DNA of 64,000 bases, from IMG/VR virus record IMGVR_UViG_3300042880_000852; one strand, 5' to 3'. The translations under genes and the position numbers were made by a program. Below, in pieces: positions 45,820-55,868 of this stretch. Below the pieces are notes generated by a model that did no database searches, was not told where the DNA came from, and saw nothing but the letters and a program-made list of their open reading frames with translations. The stretch comes from a virus. Each line of letters opens with the position of its first letter. Positions within the stretch are counted from its first letter, which is position 1.

Positions 45820-47649
45820 ATGTCAAATGTACCACAAAATAAGGCTCAAAAATTAATGGAGATTGGAAAGTCCATGAAGGACCCAATTTATGCCATTGAG
45901 AACTATCTTGAGACTTTTGATCAAACACAAAAAAGTTTTGTCAGATTTAAATTATTTCCCAAACAAAAAGAATTAATAACGGCGTATAAAAACAACCGTT
46001 TTAATATAGTGATGAAACCCCGTCAGGCTGGTGTTTCTACTACAACAGCAGCTTATATAGCTGTTATGACAGCATTAGCTGACCCAAACAATCCACAAAG
46101 GGTTCTTATTTTAGCCAATAAACAAGAAACAGCGATTGAGTTTCTTAAAAAAATTAAAGATTTTACTTCACAAATACCAACATGGATGAATGTTTGGACA
46201 TCAGGAAATGATGATTCTTGGTACGATGCTGAAAAAAACTCTGCAAAACATTATCGTTTAAAAAATGGTTCTGAAATTAAAGCAGTGGCAACTTCTTTAG
46301 ATGCGTTACGTGGTTATACACCTACGTTACTTGTTATGGATGAGGCGGCTTATATTGAGGGTGGTGAAGAAGTTTACGCGGCAGCTCAACCAGCTTTATC
46401 GACGGGTGGTGGAGCCATTCTTATTAGTACACCTAATGGTATGGACCCATTATACTATAAAACTTACATGTCAGCTAAAACTAAAGATAAAACAAACAAT
46501 CCTTTTAATATCGTTGAAATGAGATGGTTCCAAGACCCACGTTATAATAAGGGTATGGTTTGGCAGAAAAAAGATGAAGTGGGTGAAGTAATAGAAGAAA
46601 AGGTTGACATGGACTACGCAAATTTTGAACAGTTAGAGTCTGAAGGTTGGCAACCAACTGCCCCTTGGTTTGAGATGATGTGTGGTCAGTTAAATAATAA
46701 CCCAAGAACTATTGCACAAGAGTTATTATGTGCATTTAACGGTTCGGGTGATAATGTTATAAACTCAAAATACGTTGAGTATCAAAAGAAAAATAACGTC
46801 AAAGACCCTATTAGAACTGAATGGTTAGACGGTAACATGTGGATATGGGAAGACCCACAATTAGGTCACGAATATATTTTATCTGTCGATGCCGCTTCTG
46901 GTTCGGCTGATGACTTCGCATCTATTTGTGTTATGGATTTTACTACAGGTCACCAAGTTGCTGAATATCACGGTAAAATTGCACCCGATACTTTGGGTGA
47001 AATCGCGGTAGAATATGGTAATCGATATGAGGCATTTGTGGTTGTTGATATTACGGGTGGTTATGGTGTGTCTTCAGTTTTAAAAATGATTGAGATGGGT
47101 TATTCTTCTAAAAAAATGTATTATGACGTTGTTTTAGGTATTGATTCTGTTACAAACAATAAAAATTTAGAAAGACATATGAGAGATGGTAAATTACCTG
47201 GTCTAAACTTTCAAAAAAATAGAAATACTATTATTACTAAATTAGAAGAGGCTGTTAGATTAGATTCTTTTAAAGTACGTTCTATTAGGTCTATTGCTGA
47301 AATGGATACATTTGTATTTAAAAACGGTCGTCCTGACCATATGAAAGGTTACCACGATGATTTATTAATGGCAATAGCGATGTGTTGTTTTGTATCTCAA
47401 ACTTCTTTTAAAGATTTTGAAAAAAGTAAGGGTCAAACTAAAGCGATGTTAGATTCTTGGGTTGTTTCAACCAACACTAGTGAAACAGTTGACGCATTAA
47501 ATACTTCAGAATATAACGCAGTAGTTAATAGAGAAGCGACAGCAAAACAAGTACAACATGCTTTATCTGAACATAATTGGGTTTTTGCTGGTATGAAAGG
47601 TTTTAAGGACATGGATAAAAACAAAAAAATAATAAATAGAAGAAGTTAA
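45820..47649 (+). CDS. terL: terminase large subunit (T4 gp17-like)
   Basis: Walker A-like KPRQAGVSTT; ATPase motif LLVMDEAAY; ILISTPNG; C-terminal nuclease region. Confidence 0.9.
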   Translation: MSNVPQNKAQKLMEIGKSMKDPIYAIENYLETFDQTQKSFVRFKLFPKQKELITAYKNNRFNIVMKPRQAGVSTTTAAYIAVMTALADPNNPQRVLILANKQETAIEFLKKIKDFTSQIPTWMNVWTSGNDDSWYDAEKNSAKHYRLKNGSEIKAVATSLDALRGYTPTLLVMDEAAYIEGGEEVYAAAQPALSTGGGAILISTPNGMDPLYYKTYMSAKTKDKTNNPFNIVEMRWFQDPRYNKGMVWQKKDEVGEVIEEKVDMDYANFEQLESEGWQPTAPWFEMMCGQLNNNPRTIAQELLCAFNGSGDNVINSKYVEYQKKNNVKDPIRTEWLDGNMWIWEDPQLGHEYILSVDAASGSADDFASICVMDFTTGHQVAEYHGKIAPDTLGEIAVEYGNRYEAFVVVDITGGYGVSSVLKMIEMGYSSKKMYYDVVLGIDSVTNNKNLERHMRDGKLPGLNFQKNRNTIITKLEEAVRLDSFKVRSIRSIAEMDTFVFKNGRPDHMKGYHDDLLMAIAMCCFVSQTSFKDFEKSKGQTKAMLDSWVVSTNTSETVDALNTSEYNAVVNREATAKQVQHALSEHNWVFAGMKGFKDMDKNKKIINRRS

Positions 47650-47735
47650 TACATTCACATTTAAAGATAGATGGTTTACTTTTAGTATGAATATTTATTT
47701 CTAAATATAATATAACAAGGTTTGAAAATTAATTA

Positions 47736-49661
47736 ATGGCCGACAATAAAGATTTAACAGTATATCAGAAATTATTTTACCTTTTTGGTCAAAATAAAAA
47801 ACCTGAAAGAACTACCCCAAAATATAGTTTTGGTGACGGTGATTTAATCACCATGCAATCAAAACAAGATTACGATAAACAAAAATTAGAATTACAACAA
47901 AAAAGTTATCTTGAGTCGCAATGGCAAAGAGTAGATAATGAACTTTATCAAAAAGCTGTTTACTATGAGACCTCAAGAATTGCTTCATATATGGATTATG
48001 AGGCTATGGAATTTACACCTGAAATTTCTGCCGCTTTAGATATTATGGCAGAAGAATCTTGTACACCAAGTGAACAAGGTAAAGTACTTACCATACAATC
48101 AAACTCTAAAAGAGTTAAAAATGTTTTAGAAGATTTATTTTACAACGTAGTTGATATTCAAACTAATTTACCAATGTGGACTCGTAATACATGTAAGTAT
48201 GGTGATAATTTTGTTTTCTTAAAAATTGATAATAAAAGAGGTATTATAGGTTCTTCACAATTAACTAATATTGAAATAGAACGTAAAGAAGAGGGTATGT
48301 TTCCTACACAAAAAGAAGGTAACACAACACCTATGCAAGAACAAAAGAAAAAACAAGTTATATTTCATTGGCGTGAAAAGGCCATGGATTTTAACCCATG
48401 GGAGATTGCACATTTTCGTTTATTAGGTGATGATAGACGTTTACCTTACGGTACTTCGGTGTTGGAAAAGGCTAGACGTATTTGGAAACAAATGTTATTA
48501 TCTGAAGATGCGATGTTAGTTTATCGTGTTGTTAGAGCACCTGAAAGACGTGTATTTAAAATTTATGTCGGTAACATTGATGATAAAGATGTTGATGCTT
48601 ATGTACAAAAAGTAGCTAATAAATTTAAAAGACAACAAATTGTTGACCAAAAAACAGGACAGGTTGATTTACGTTACAACACATTAGCTGTAGATCAAGA
48701 TTATTTCGTTCCTGTTCGTGACCCTAACGCACCAAACCCAATAGATACTTTGGCGGGTGCTAGTAATTTAGATCAAATTGCTGACATTGAGTATATTCAA
48801 AAGAAATTATTAACAGCGCTTAGAGTACCTAAAGCATTTTTAGGTTTTGATGAATCTCCTGGTGACGGTAAAAATTTAGCTTTATTAGATATTCGTTTCG
48901 CTAGAACAATTAATAGAATTCAACAATCTATGATTCAAGAATTGAATAAATTAGCTATTATTCATTTATTTATTTTAGGGTTTACTGATGATTTAAATAA
49001 TTTTACTTTAAATCTTACTAACCCATCTACTCAGGGTGAAATGTTAAAAGTTGAACAATGGAAAGAAAAAGTTCTTCTTTATAAAGATTTAGTGACTCAA
49101 GTTGATGGTGGTATAGCTCCTTCATCACATACTTGGGCTAAGAAAAATATTTTTAATTGGACCGATGAGGAAATTAAAACCGACCTTGAACAACAAATGA
49201 TGGAGAGAGCTGCATCTAAAGAATTAGAAAACACACCTGAAGTTGTTAAGAAAACAGGTTTCTTTGATAGGGTTACTAAACTTTATGGTGAAATTGGTGG
49301 ACCTACTCCTGCAGCTGGAGCTGAAGGTGGTGGGGTTGAAGAAGGTGGAGCTGAAGCTGGCGGTGGATTTGGTGGCGGAGGAGGATTTGGTGGTGGTGGC
49401 CTTGAACTAGGTGGTGGTGAAGAAATTGGTGGTGGAGCTGAAGTTGGTGAAGAAGGTGGTGAAGAAGGTGGTGGGGCTGAAACCGGATTTGGTGAAAGTT
49501 TTCGTTATAAAGACAAATCAATTATCGATAAGTTATTAATGGAGGGTAGAAGAAAAAATGAGGATATTATGATGATGACCGAAGGAATTAAAAATTTAAT
49601 AGGTGAAGAAGAAGAAAATAGTGACAAAGATTTAGATGACTTTAATTTATTACAAGATTAA
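47736..49661 (+). CDS. portal protein (gp20-like) with Gly/Glu-rich low-complexity C-terminal insertion
   Basis: position after terL; loose similarity to the T4 gp20 N-terminal region; (G)n-E tract encoded at about 49300-49500. Confidence 0.65.
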   Translation: MADNKDLTVYQKLFYLFGQNKKPERTTPKYSFGDGDLITMQSKQDYDKQKLELQQKSYLESQWQRVDNELYQKAVYYETSRIASYMDYEAMEFTPEISAALDIMAEESCTPSEQGKVLTIQSNSKRVKNVLEDLFYNVVDIQTNLPMWTRNTCKYGDNFVFLKIDNKRGIIGSSQLTNIEIERKEEGMFPTQKEGNTTPMQEQKKKQVIFHWREKAMDFNPWEIAHFRLLGDDRRLPYGTSVLEKARRIWKQMLLSEDAMLVYRVVRAPERRVFKIYVGNIDDKDVDAYVQKVANKFKRQQIVDQKTGQVDLRYNTLAVDQDYFVPVRDPNAPNPIDTLAGASNLDQIADIEYIQKKLLTALRVPKAFLGFDESPGDGKNLALLDIRFARTINRIQQSMIQELNKLAIIHLFILGFTDDLNNFTLNLTNPSTQGEMLKVEQWKEKVLLYKDLVTQVDGGIAPSSHTWAKKNIFNWTDEEIKTDLEQQMMERAASKELENTPEVVKKTGFFDRVTKLYGEIGGPTPAAGAEGGGVEEGGAEAGGGFGGGGGFGGGGLELGGGEEIGGGAEVGEEGGEEGGGAETGFGESFRYKDKSIIDKLLMEGRRKNEDIMMMTEGIKNLIGEEEENSDKDLDDFNLLQD

Positions 49662-49687
49662 TAATATTTATATATTAAAAGCTAAAA

Positions 49688-50458
49688 ATGAATTTCGGTA
49701 TAATTAAAAACACATACGCAAAATCCCTAATAGATTCATACATAAACGAATCAAAAGGAGGTAACAAAAAGAAATATAAAGAATTTATTAAAAGTATTTC
49801 TGAAAGTCCTATTCTAAGAACACAGTTTATTGTTTATAAAAACATTGAGAACGGTTGTTTTGACTCAGAAGTTAATGCCACTGAATATTTAAAAGAAAAT
49901 ATTTCATTATTTAATGAGTTTGGTAAAAAAGATATCATTAAAGAAAATGAAAAGTTAGGTAATAAAATAAAAATTACTTCTTTTGGTTATGAATTAAAAC
50001 AGTTACACGAATCTTTAAATGATTTAATTGTTTTAGAAAAAAAGGCTGAAACTATTAATAAAATCCACAATTCTTTTGAGTACGTTAAAAAATGGTTACT
50101 TTCACCTAAAAAAATTAACGAATCGACAAGTAATGTAAAACCTGTTGATGCTAATAAATTTTTAGATATTGTAACTAAAAAATATAACGAAAAGTATTCT
50201 AATATTTCTGAAGAAGAAAAAAAAGTTTTAAAAACTATTCTTTCTACAAATGATATAGAAAAAGAAAGTTTATTAAAAGACATGGTTAAAGAATCTATCA
50301 CACTTATCAACAACTCTTTAAAACAATTTGGTGATAATTTAGAAATTAAATCTAAATTATTAGAGGCTAAAGATGTTGTTTATAATTTAGAGTATAACAA
50401 GGACTCTTTTAAAGAAGATATTTTAAAAGTTTACGAACTTAAAACAAATTTAAGTTAA
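49688..50458 (+). CDS. hypothetical protein (head-module position; possible prohead core component)
   Basis: 256 aa, Lys/Glu-rich; no recognised motif. Confidence 0.4.
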   Translation: MNFGIIKNTYAKSLIDSYINESKGGNKKKYKEFIKSISESPILRTQFIVYKNIENGCFDSEVNATEYLKENISLFNEFGKKDIIKENEKLGNKIKITSFGYELKQLHESLNDLIVLEKKAETINKIHNSFEYVKKWLLSPKKINESTSNVKPVDANKFLDIVTKKYNEKYSNISEEEKKVLKTILSTNDIEKESLLKDMVKESITLINNSLKQFGDNLEIKSKLLEAKDVVYNLEYNKDSFKEDILKVYELKTNLS

Positions 50459-50483
50459 TAACAAATTTTAAAACCCGTTTCTA

Positions 50484-50729
50484 ATGATTAAAACAGAATC
50501 AGAAAATTTAGTAAAGTTACGTCAAATAGTAAAAGAAATCGAATCTAAAGAATTTGATTTTGGTGATGATAAAGATTATCAGAGACTTATTGAAAGTGTT
50601 GATAGTTTGATACATAATGAAATGGGTAAGATTAATTGTGAAACTAATAAAGATTGTAAAATAAAATCTTACGAAACTTTATTCACGTCTATTATAACAA
50701 TTTTAGAAGGTAGTAAACATTTAATTTAA
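50484..50729 (+). CDS. hypothetical protein
   Basis: 81-aa ORF. Confidence 0.35.
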   Translation: MIKTESENLVKLRQIVKEIESKEFDFGDDKDYQRLIESVDSLIHNEMGKINCETNKDCKIKSYETLFTSIITILEGSKHLI

Positions 50730-50730
50730 A

Positions 50731-51066
50731 ATGTCACAACAAGAAGAAAATTTCAAAACACTTTGGGCTGAATATTCTAAGTTGGTCCTTAAAGAACTTG
50801 ATAGGATGAACAACAACTATGAAAATTTAAGAGAGAATATTGAAAATATTAACTCTAAATTAAATGATGTTAAAAACACAGAAAAATCCTTACATGATTT
50901 AAAAATTTGGCAAGAAAAAATAAATGATGTGTGGTCACCTTCTCAAATGAAAGAAGCTAAAGATGAGGTTTATAAACAAAAAAATCGTTGGACAGCGACT
51001 ATAGCAATTTTATTATTTATACAAATAATAGTCGGAATTATTGTCTCACTAAAAGTATTTTTTTAA
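50731..51066 (+). CDS. coiled-coil protein with C-terminal transmembrane anchor
   Basis: C-terminal helix TATIAILLFIQIIVGIIVSL. Confidence 0.4.
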   Translation: MSQQEENFKTLWAEYSKLVLKELDRMNNNYENLRENIENINSKLNDVKNTEKSLHDLKIWQEKINDVWSPSQMKEAKDEVYKQKNRWTATIAILLFIQIIVGIIVSLKVFF

Positions 51067-51067
51067 T

Positions 51068-51093
51068 AAACCCTCCAATTGGAGGGTTTTTTG
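51068..51093 (+). terminator. intrinsic terminator
   Basis: ccctcc-aatt-ggaggg hairpin followed by T6. Confidence 0.6.
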
Positions 51094-51168
51094 TTTATAG
51101 CGGTTTTCTAAATGGATTAAATTTAGTATAATTAAAACATATAACAAAAAATAAATAATAACAAAATT

Positions 51169-52320
51169 ATGAGTAAAGTTTTTTTAGAATACATTTGGTT
51201 AGATGGTAATAGTCCCCAAAATCTAAGAAGTAAAACAAAAGTTGTTGACAGTACAGATATACTTGAAAGAGATGGTAATTCTAAACAAGGTTACCCTGAA
51301 TCCTATCCACTTTGGAGTTTCGATGGCAGTTCAACAAAACAAGCCGGTGAGGAATTTGGTTTTGATGGTACTGATTGTGTTTTAAAACCTGTCTGTGTTG
51401 TTAGTGACCCTTTTAGAAGTAAAAGTTCATCTTACCTTCACAAATTAGTTTTTTGTGAGGTTTTTAACCCTGACGGTAAAACACCACATAAAACAAACAC
51501 AAGAAGTAAGTTAAGGGATTTATTAGCCGACCTTAAATTCAAAGAGTATGACGCAAATCATTCAGAAGTTCCTTGGTTTGGGTGGGAACAAGAATACGTT
51601 ATAACACACGCTCCAGACCCGAATAACCATTTTAGGTATGGTGGAGGATTTCCTTTAGGTTTTTTAGCCGGTGATTCAGGTAAACCAAGACCACAAGGTG
51701 ATTACTACTGTGGTGTCGGTGGACTTAACGTTATTGGTAGAGACATTGTAGAAGAACATCTTACAAAATGTGCAGAAATAGGGTTAGATATAGGTGGAAT
51801 TAATGCCGAGGTATTGATAGGTCAATGGGAATATCAAATAGGCCCTGTGACTGCTTTAAACGGTTCTGACCAATTATGGATTTCACGTTACATACTTGAA
51901 AGAGTTGCTGAGAAAAAAGGTTTAGGAATTTCTTATCACCCAAAACCTGTTAACGGTGATTGGAATGGTAGTGGTTGTCACGTAAACTTTTCAACCAAAG
52001 AAATGAGAGAAAAAGGTGGAATTAAAAAAATTCTTGAATCATGTGATAAATTGTCTGAAAGACATAAAGAACATATTGAAGTTTACGGTGAGTTTAATGA
52101 AAAACGTTTAACTGGTAAACACGAAACATCTAGTATGGAAAAATTTAGTTTTGGTAATTCTGATAGAGGTTCAAGTATTAGAATACCTGTACATACATAT
52201 ACCAACGAAAGGGGTTATTTCGAAGATAGAAGGCCAGCGGCTAACTGTGACCCATACAAAGTTTCTAACGTAATGATTGAAACAGTATTTGATAAGGCTG
52301 GAATAACAGTGGAACAATAA
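51169..52320 (+). CDS. glnA: glutamine synthetase, type II-like
   Basis: N-terminal EYIWLDG beta-grasp motif; about 380 aa, typical of GS-II; catalytic-domain conservation (WFGWEQEY, GPCH-like region). Confidence 0.7.
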   Translation: MSKVFLEYIWLDGNSPQNLRSKTKVVDSTDILERDGNSKQGYPESYPLWSFDGSSTKQAGEEFGFDGTDCVLKPVCVVSDPFRSKSSSYLHKLVFCEVFNPDGKTPHKTNTRSKLRDLLADLKFKEYDANHSEVPWFGWEQEYVITHAPDPNNHFRYGGGFPLGFLAGDSGKPRPQGDYYCGVGGLNVIGRDIVEEHLTKCAEIGLDIGGINAEVLIGQWEYQIGPVTALNGSDQLWISRYILERVAEKKGLGISYHPKPVNGDWNGSGCHVNFSTKEMREKGGIKKILESCDKLSERHKEHIEVYGEFNEKRLTGKHETSSMEKFSFGNSDRGSSIRIPVHTYTNERGYFEDRRPAANCDPYKVSNVMIETVFDKAGITVEQ

Positions 52321-52327
52321 CTGTTTT

Positions 52328-52759
52328 ATGAAAAGAGGAAAAGAAATTAAACTGAATTTACCTTATGAATATAATGTAATTTCAGGAGCTGTGGACAATA
52401 GAAATCCAGAATCAATATACATTCAAATATCAGCTTGGGGTAAACCTAAAAATAAAGAAGAAGAAGATTTTGATTCAATAATTAAACAAAAATCTAAAAG
52501 AGTTAAAAAGAAATTATTTGAGGTGTTAGATACTGAACAATTTTTACCAAAAGTGATTGTTGATTTTAACATGGCCTCTTCAGGTGTTTCTTATGAAAAA
52601 AGAAGTTACATGTCAGTAGAAATGACACTGTTTCAGAAAAACCCAATACCTGTAAACTCTGATAAACTATTACCTACTTTAAATAAAATATCGGAAAAAA
52701 TAATAACCGATATTTTTGAAAAAGATGAGGACTTTAAATTCTTTAAAAGAAAAGGATAA
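52328..52759 (+). CDS. hypothetical protein
   Basis: 143-aa ORF. Confidence 0.4.
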   Translation: MKRGKEIKLNLPYEYNVISGAVDNRNPESIYIQISAWGKPKNKEEEDFDSIIKQKSKRVKKKLFEVLDTEQFLPKVIVDFNMASSGVSYEKRSYMSVEMTLFQKNPIPVNSDKLLPTLNKISEKIITDIFEKDEDFKFFKRKG

Positions 52760-52788
52760 AAAAAACCCCGAATAATCGGGGTTTTTTA
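52759..52788. terminator. bidirectional intrinsic terminator
   Basis: aaaaaaa-ccccga-ataa-tcgggg-tttttt between convergent genes. Confidence 0.6.
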
Positions 52789-52790
52789 TT

Positions 52791-53429
52791 TTAAGCCTTT
52801 GGGGACTTAAGTTGGAGTTGTGGTTCCACTTCGGCTAACAAAGTTGTAACGTTTACACCTTTATCTTTTGCCACCTTATAGATACTGTCAATCAAACCTT
52901 TTTTAACAGAGTACTTAGTTACACCTACAATAAGGGTTTCTTTATCCTTATCAGATATTTTATCACAAGTTTCAATTAACTCAGAGATAACTTCTTGGTT
53001 ACGTTCAAGAACTTCGTTGTTAAACTTAAACTCAGTAGCCTCGTCAACGATATCTTCACCGTAAGTTTCTTTAAGGTAATTGGCTCTTTCTTCGTTGATA
53101 GATTTGTACTTATCTTGAACAACCACCATTACTGATGCACCTTGTTCGGAAGCCATAATGAATGAAGACTCACGTTTACCTGTACGCTCAATTAAATTAG
53201 AAAATTCAGACATACCCAATTCACGAACATAACCATCAGCGTCTTTGATTTCAGCCTCAAGCTTGTCAATTTGTTCTTTAAGGGTTGCTAACTTCACCAA
53301 TTTAGCGTGGAATTCTGCCATTTCAACAGGTGATTCAAACGCTGGTATAACGTGTGATTTGTCTTTTGATTTTGCAGTCTTAGTGTCTGTAGATTTTGCT
53401 TTCGCCTTGTTGAAAAGATTTGATGCCAT
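52791..53429 (-). CDS. hypothetical protein
   Basis: 212-aa ORF, Lys/Glu-rich. Confidence 0.45.
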   Translation of the reverse strand: MASNLFNKAKAKSTDTKTAKSKDKSHVIPAFESPVEMAEFHAKLVKLATLKEQIDKLEAEIKDADGYVRELGMSEFSNLIERTGKRESSFIMASEQGASVMVVVQDKYKSINEERANYLKETYGEDIVDEATEFKFNNEVLERNQEVISELIETCDKISDKDKETLIVGVTKYSVKKGLIDSIYKVAKDKGVNVTTLLAEVEPQLQLKSPKA

Positions 53430-53494
53430 ATGTATTGTTTTTTAGTGATTGATTAACAATACAAAGATATAAAGTTTTTTGACTTAGGCAAAAA

Positions 53495-55027
53495 TTAAAT
53501 AGAAATTTCTTCTACTTTTCCTTCAACTTCAAAAGGATATATTGGAGACCATTCTGTAATATCGTTTGACATTACGGGTTTACCACCTTCCATTCTATTA
53601 ACAGCAATTGTAATATGTGGGATTTTATTTTGTGTTTTAATTTCGGATTCCACCTTAACAGCCACAACTTTGTCTGTTTGTCCTATATGAGTTACTAATA
53701 AATCAAAGGGTTGGTCTAAAAGAGGTTTAGACTCTTCTTTAAGTGGGCCCATATTGATGGTCATGTGATGCCCAATAAATTCCCAATCTTTTGGGTGCGG
53801 AATATATTTTTTTAATAGTTTTCTTGATTCTTCATTAAGAATTACGCCTGAATAACTTACCTTTTTTTTAGATTCATTCATAAGTTTTAAAAATTTTTCT
53901 TTTTCTATTCTTTCTTTTTCTTGGCCAATTTCACGACCTTTAAAACCTTTTTTTATTAGGTCATCACCTGAAGTTGTTATTTTATATTCTAAAAAAGTGT
54001 CTACAATTTTATTAGGTATTTTCATTAAGTTACTAAATGTTCTTAGTGTTTCTTCAGATATCCCGATAACTTCAAATCTTTCACGTAATTTATAAACATC
54101 TGTCCCGTATTGTAAAAACTTAATTAAGAAACTGATTTCTTTTACTTCATCAACTGTATACTTAAGCTTGTTAACTAATGTTTTTTCAACCAATGTAGGC
54201 TCGTTACTTTGTAGTAAAACAGCTATAAGTACGTTAGCCTCTTTAGTCTCAATTAAAGGTTCTGTTGTAACTACAAGTCTACCAAATATCCAGTCCCAAA
54301 GATTGTACTTAGTTATTAATTGTGTAAAATACCCTACAGACTGTGCTTGTTTAATACCTTTAAGAAATTCATCTCTAATACGTTCTTGTGATATTGGAAG
54401 TCCGTTACCACTAATAGTGGTTTTATCTTTACTTATAGCACTTTCAATGTCTTTATCCACATCGGAACCAACACGGGCGGCAAATCTAAGTGCTCTAAGT
54501 ACACGTAGTTTATCCTCATCGAAACGCTCTACTGCTGAACCAACTGTTCTAACCACGTTTCTTTCAATGTCACCAATACCACCAACCAAGTCAACCACTT
54601 CACCTTTATCTATATCATAGAAAAGAGCGTTGATGGTTAAATCACGACGCTTAACATCTTGGTCAATTGTAGTAAACTCTACAGAGTCAGGTCGTCTACC
54701 TTTACCAATGTCTTTACGGAAAGTAGCTATTTCATATTGACCATCTTCCGTGACTACGTTAACAATCCCAAATTGTTCACCCAATTCAATTGTACGGTAC
54801 ATGTTTAGAATAGACTTAATTTCTTCGGGTTTAGCGTTAGTAGCTAAATCAAAATCTTTAGGTTCATTACCATAAAGTAAATCCCGCACAGCACCACCAA
54901 CAACATATAACTCATAACCGTTTTCCTTGAAAATTTGGTTCATTTTCAATACGGAATTAGGTAGGTCCATGTGTATTTTCTTTCTTACCACTTCTTCTTT
55001 TAAGATTTTTCGAATCAGGTTCTTCAT
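53495..55027 (-). CDS. tRNA nucleotidyltransferase (CCA-adding / class II poly(A) polymerase head) fused to a C-terminal 2H phosphoesterase (LigT-like) domain; N-terminal leader MKNLIRKILKEE
   Basis: LYVVGGAVRDLL...DFDLAT head motif and RRDLTINAL; C-terminal paired H-x-T-x motifs GHHMTI and PHITIA typical of 2H phosphoesterases. Confidence 0.75.
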   Translation of the reverse strand: MKNLIRKILKEEVVRKKIHMDLPNSVLKMNQIFKENGYELYVVGGAVRDLLYGNEPKDFDLATNAKPEEIKSILNMYRTIELGEQFGIVNVVTEDGQYEIATFRKDIGKGRRPDSVEFTTIDQDVKRRDLTINALFYDIDKGEVVDLVGGIGDIERNVVRTVGSAVERFDEDKLRVLRALRFAARVGSDVDKDIESAISKDKTTISGNGLPISQERIRDEFLKGIKQAQSVGYFTQLITKYNLWDWIFGRLVVTTEPLIETKEANVLIAVLLQSNEPTLVEKTLVNKLKYTVDEVKEISFLIKFLQYGTDVYKLRERFEVIGISEETLRTFSNLMKIPNKIVDTFLEYKITTSGDDLIKKGFKGREIGQEKERIEKEKFLKLMNESKKKVSYSGVILNEESRKLLKKYIPHPKDWEFIGHHMTINMGPLKEESKPLLDQPFDLLVTHIGQTDKVVAVKVESEIKTQNKIPHITIAVNRMEGGKPVMSNDITEWSPIYPFEVEGKVEEISI

Positions 55028-55082
55028 ATAATGTAAATATATGAATTTATTGCATATTTATATAGAAAAACTTTTTATAAAA

Positions 55083-55868
55083 ATGAAAATTTTAAAATCT
55101 AACGAAACAGGTAAAGGTATCTTAGTCGAATATGACGCGGGTTATATTTCACCTGATATATCGTATAAAGGTACAAAAAATGCTGATTTAATTCGTGAAT
55201 TTAAATCAGGTACAAATATAGGAAAAGACGGTAGTCTACCAGACGTAGTTATTGTTTACGCAGTACTTCAAAAATGGGGTATTGAAAATAAAAACGGAAG
55301 ATTATACCCAAAAGAAATTCTTGAAAGAGAAAATACTAGATACCAAGAATATATTAAAATGGGTACATCTCTTGGTGAGTTAAACCACCCTGAATCTTCC
55401 ATCATTGATGCAGACAGAGTATCTCACAGAATTACTAAAACTTGGTGGGATGGTAAAACACTTATGGGTGAGATGGAATTGGATACAACTCCAGGATATC
55501 ACAAGTTAGGTGTTATTTCTTCGGTTGGTGATAAAGTTGTTAACATGATTAGAAAAGGTTGGACTGTTGGTATTTCATCTCGTGGTGTTGGATCACTTAA
55601 AGTTGAAAACGGTAAAAACGTAGTACAAGATGACTTTGAATTAATTTGTTGGGATATTGTAACATCTCCGTCAACCCCAGGTTCTTGGATTTCAACTGAC
55701 GCTGGTGATTTAAAAACATTTACAGAATCAACCCAAGGTTGTAACGGTTACTCTTGTCAATGGAACCTAATTGAAGAGGCCCCTAAAAAAGAAACTGTAA
55801 GTTTCAAAGATATCACTAACCATAATAGTGATAAATTATTAAACAGTTTAAATAAATTTTTAAAATGA
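55083..55868 (+). CDS. prohead protease (T4 gp21-like), putative
   Basis: LGELNHP...VSH...W.DG..L.G and ISSRGVGS region consistent with the prohead serine protease fold; head-module position; alternative start at 55041. Confidence 0.5.
   Translation: MKILKSNETGKGILVEYDAGYISPDISYKGTKNADLIREFKSGTNIGKDGSLPDVVIVYAVLQKWGIENKNGRLYPKEILERENTRYQEYIKMGTSLGELNHPESSIIDADRVSHRITKTWWDGKTLMGEMELDTTPGYHKLGVISSVGDKVVNMIRKGWTVGISSRGVGSLKVENGKNVVQDDFELICWDIVTSPSTPGSWISTDAGDLKTFTESTQGCNGYSCQWNLIEEAPKKETVSFKDITNHNSDKLLNSLNKFLK

Noticed and set aside
46301-46705. ORFs 46301..46522(+) and 46505..46705(-) within the terminase gene
   Set aside because: Alternative-frame or antisense ORFs inside the strongly supported terL gene.
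49303-49521. ORF 49303..49521(-), His/Gln/Leu-rich
   Set aside because: It is the reverse frame of the Gly/Glu-coding tract within the portal gene.
54168-54620. ORF 54168..54620(+), Ser/Leu-rich
   Set aside because: Antisense to the CCA/2H gene; low-complexity translation.
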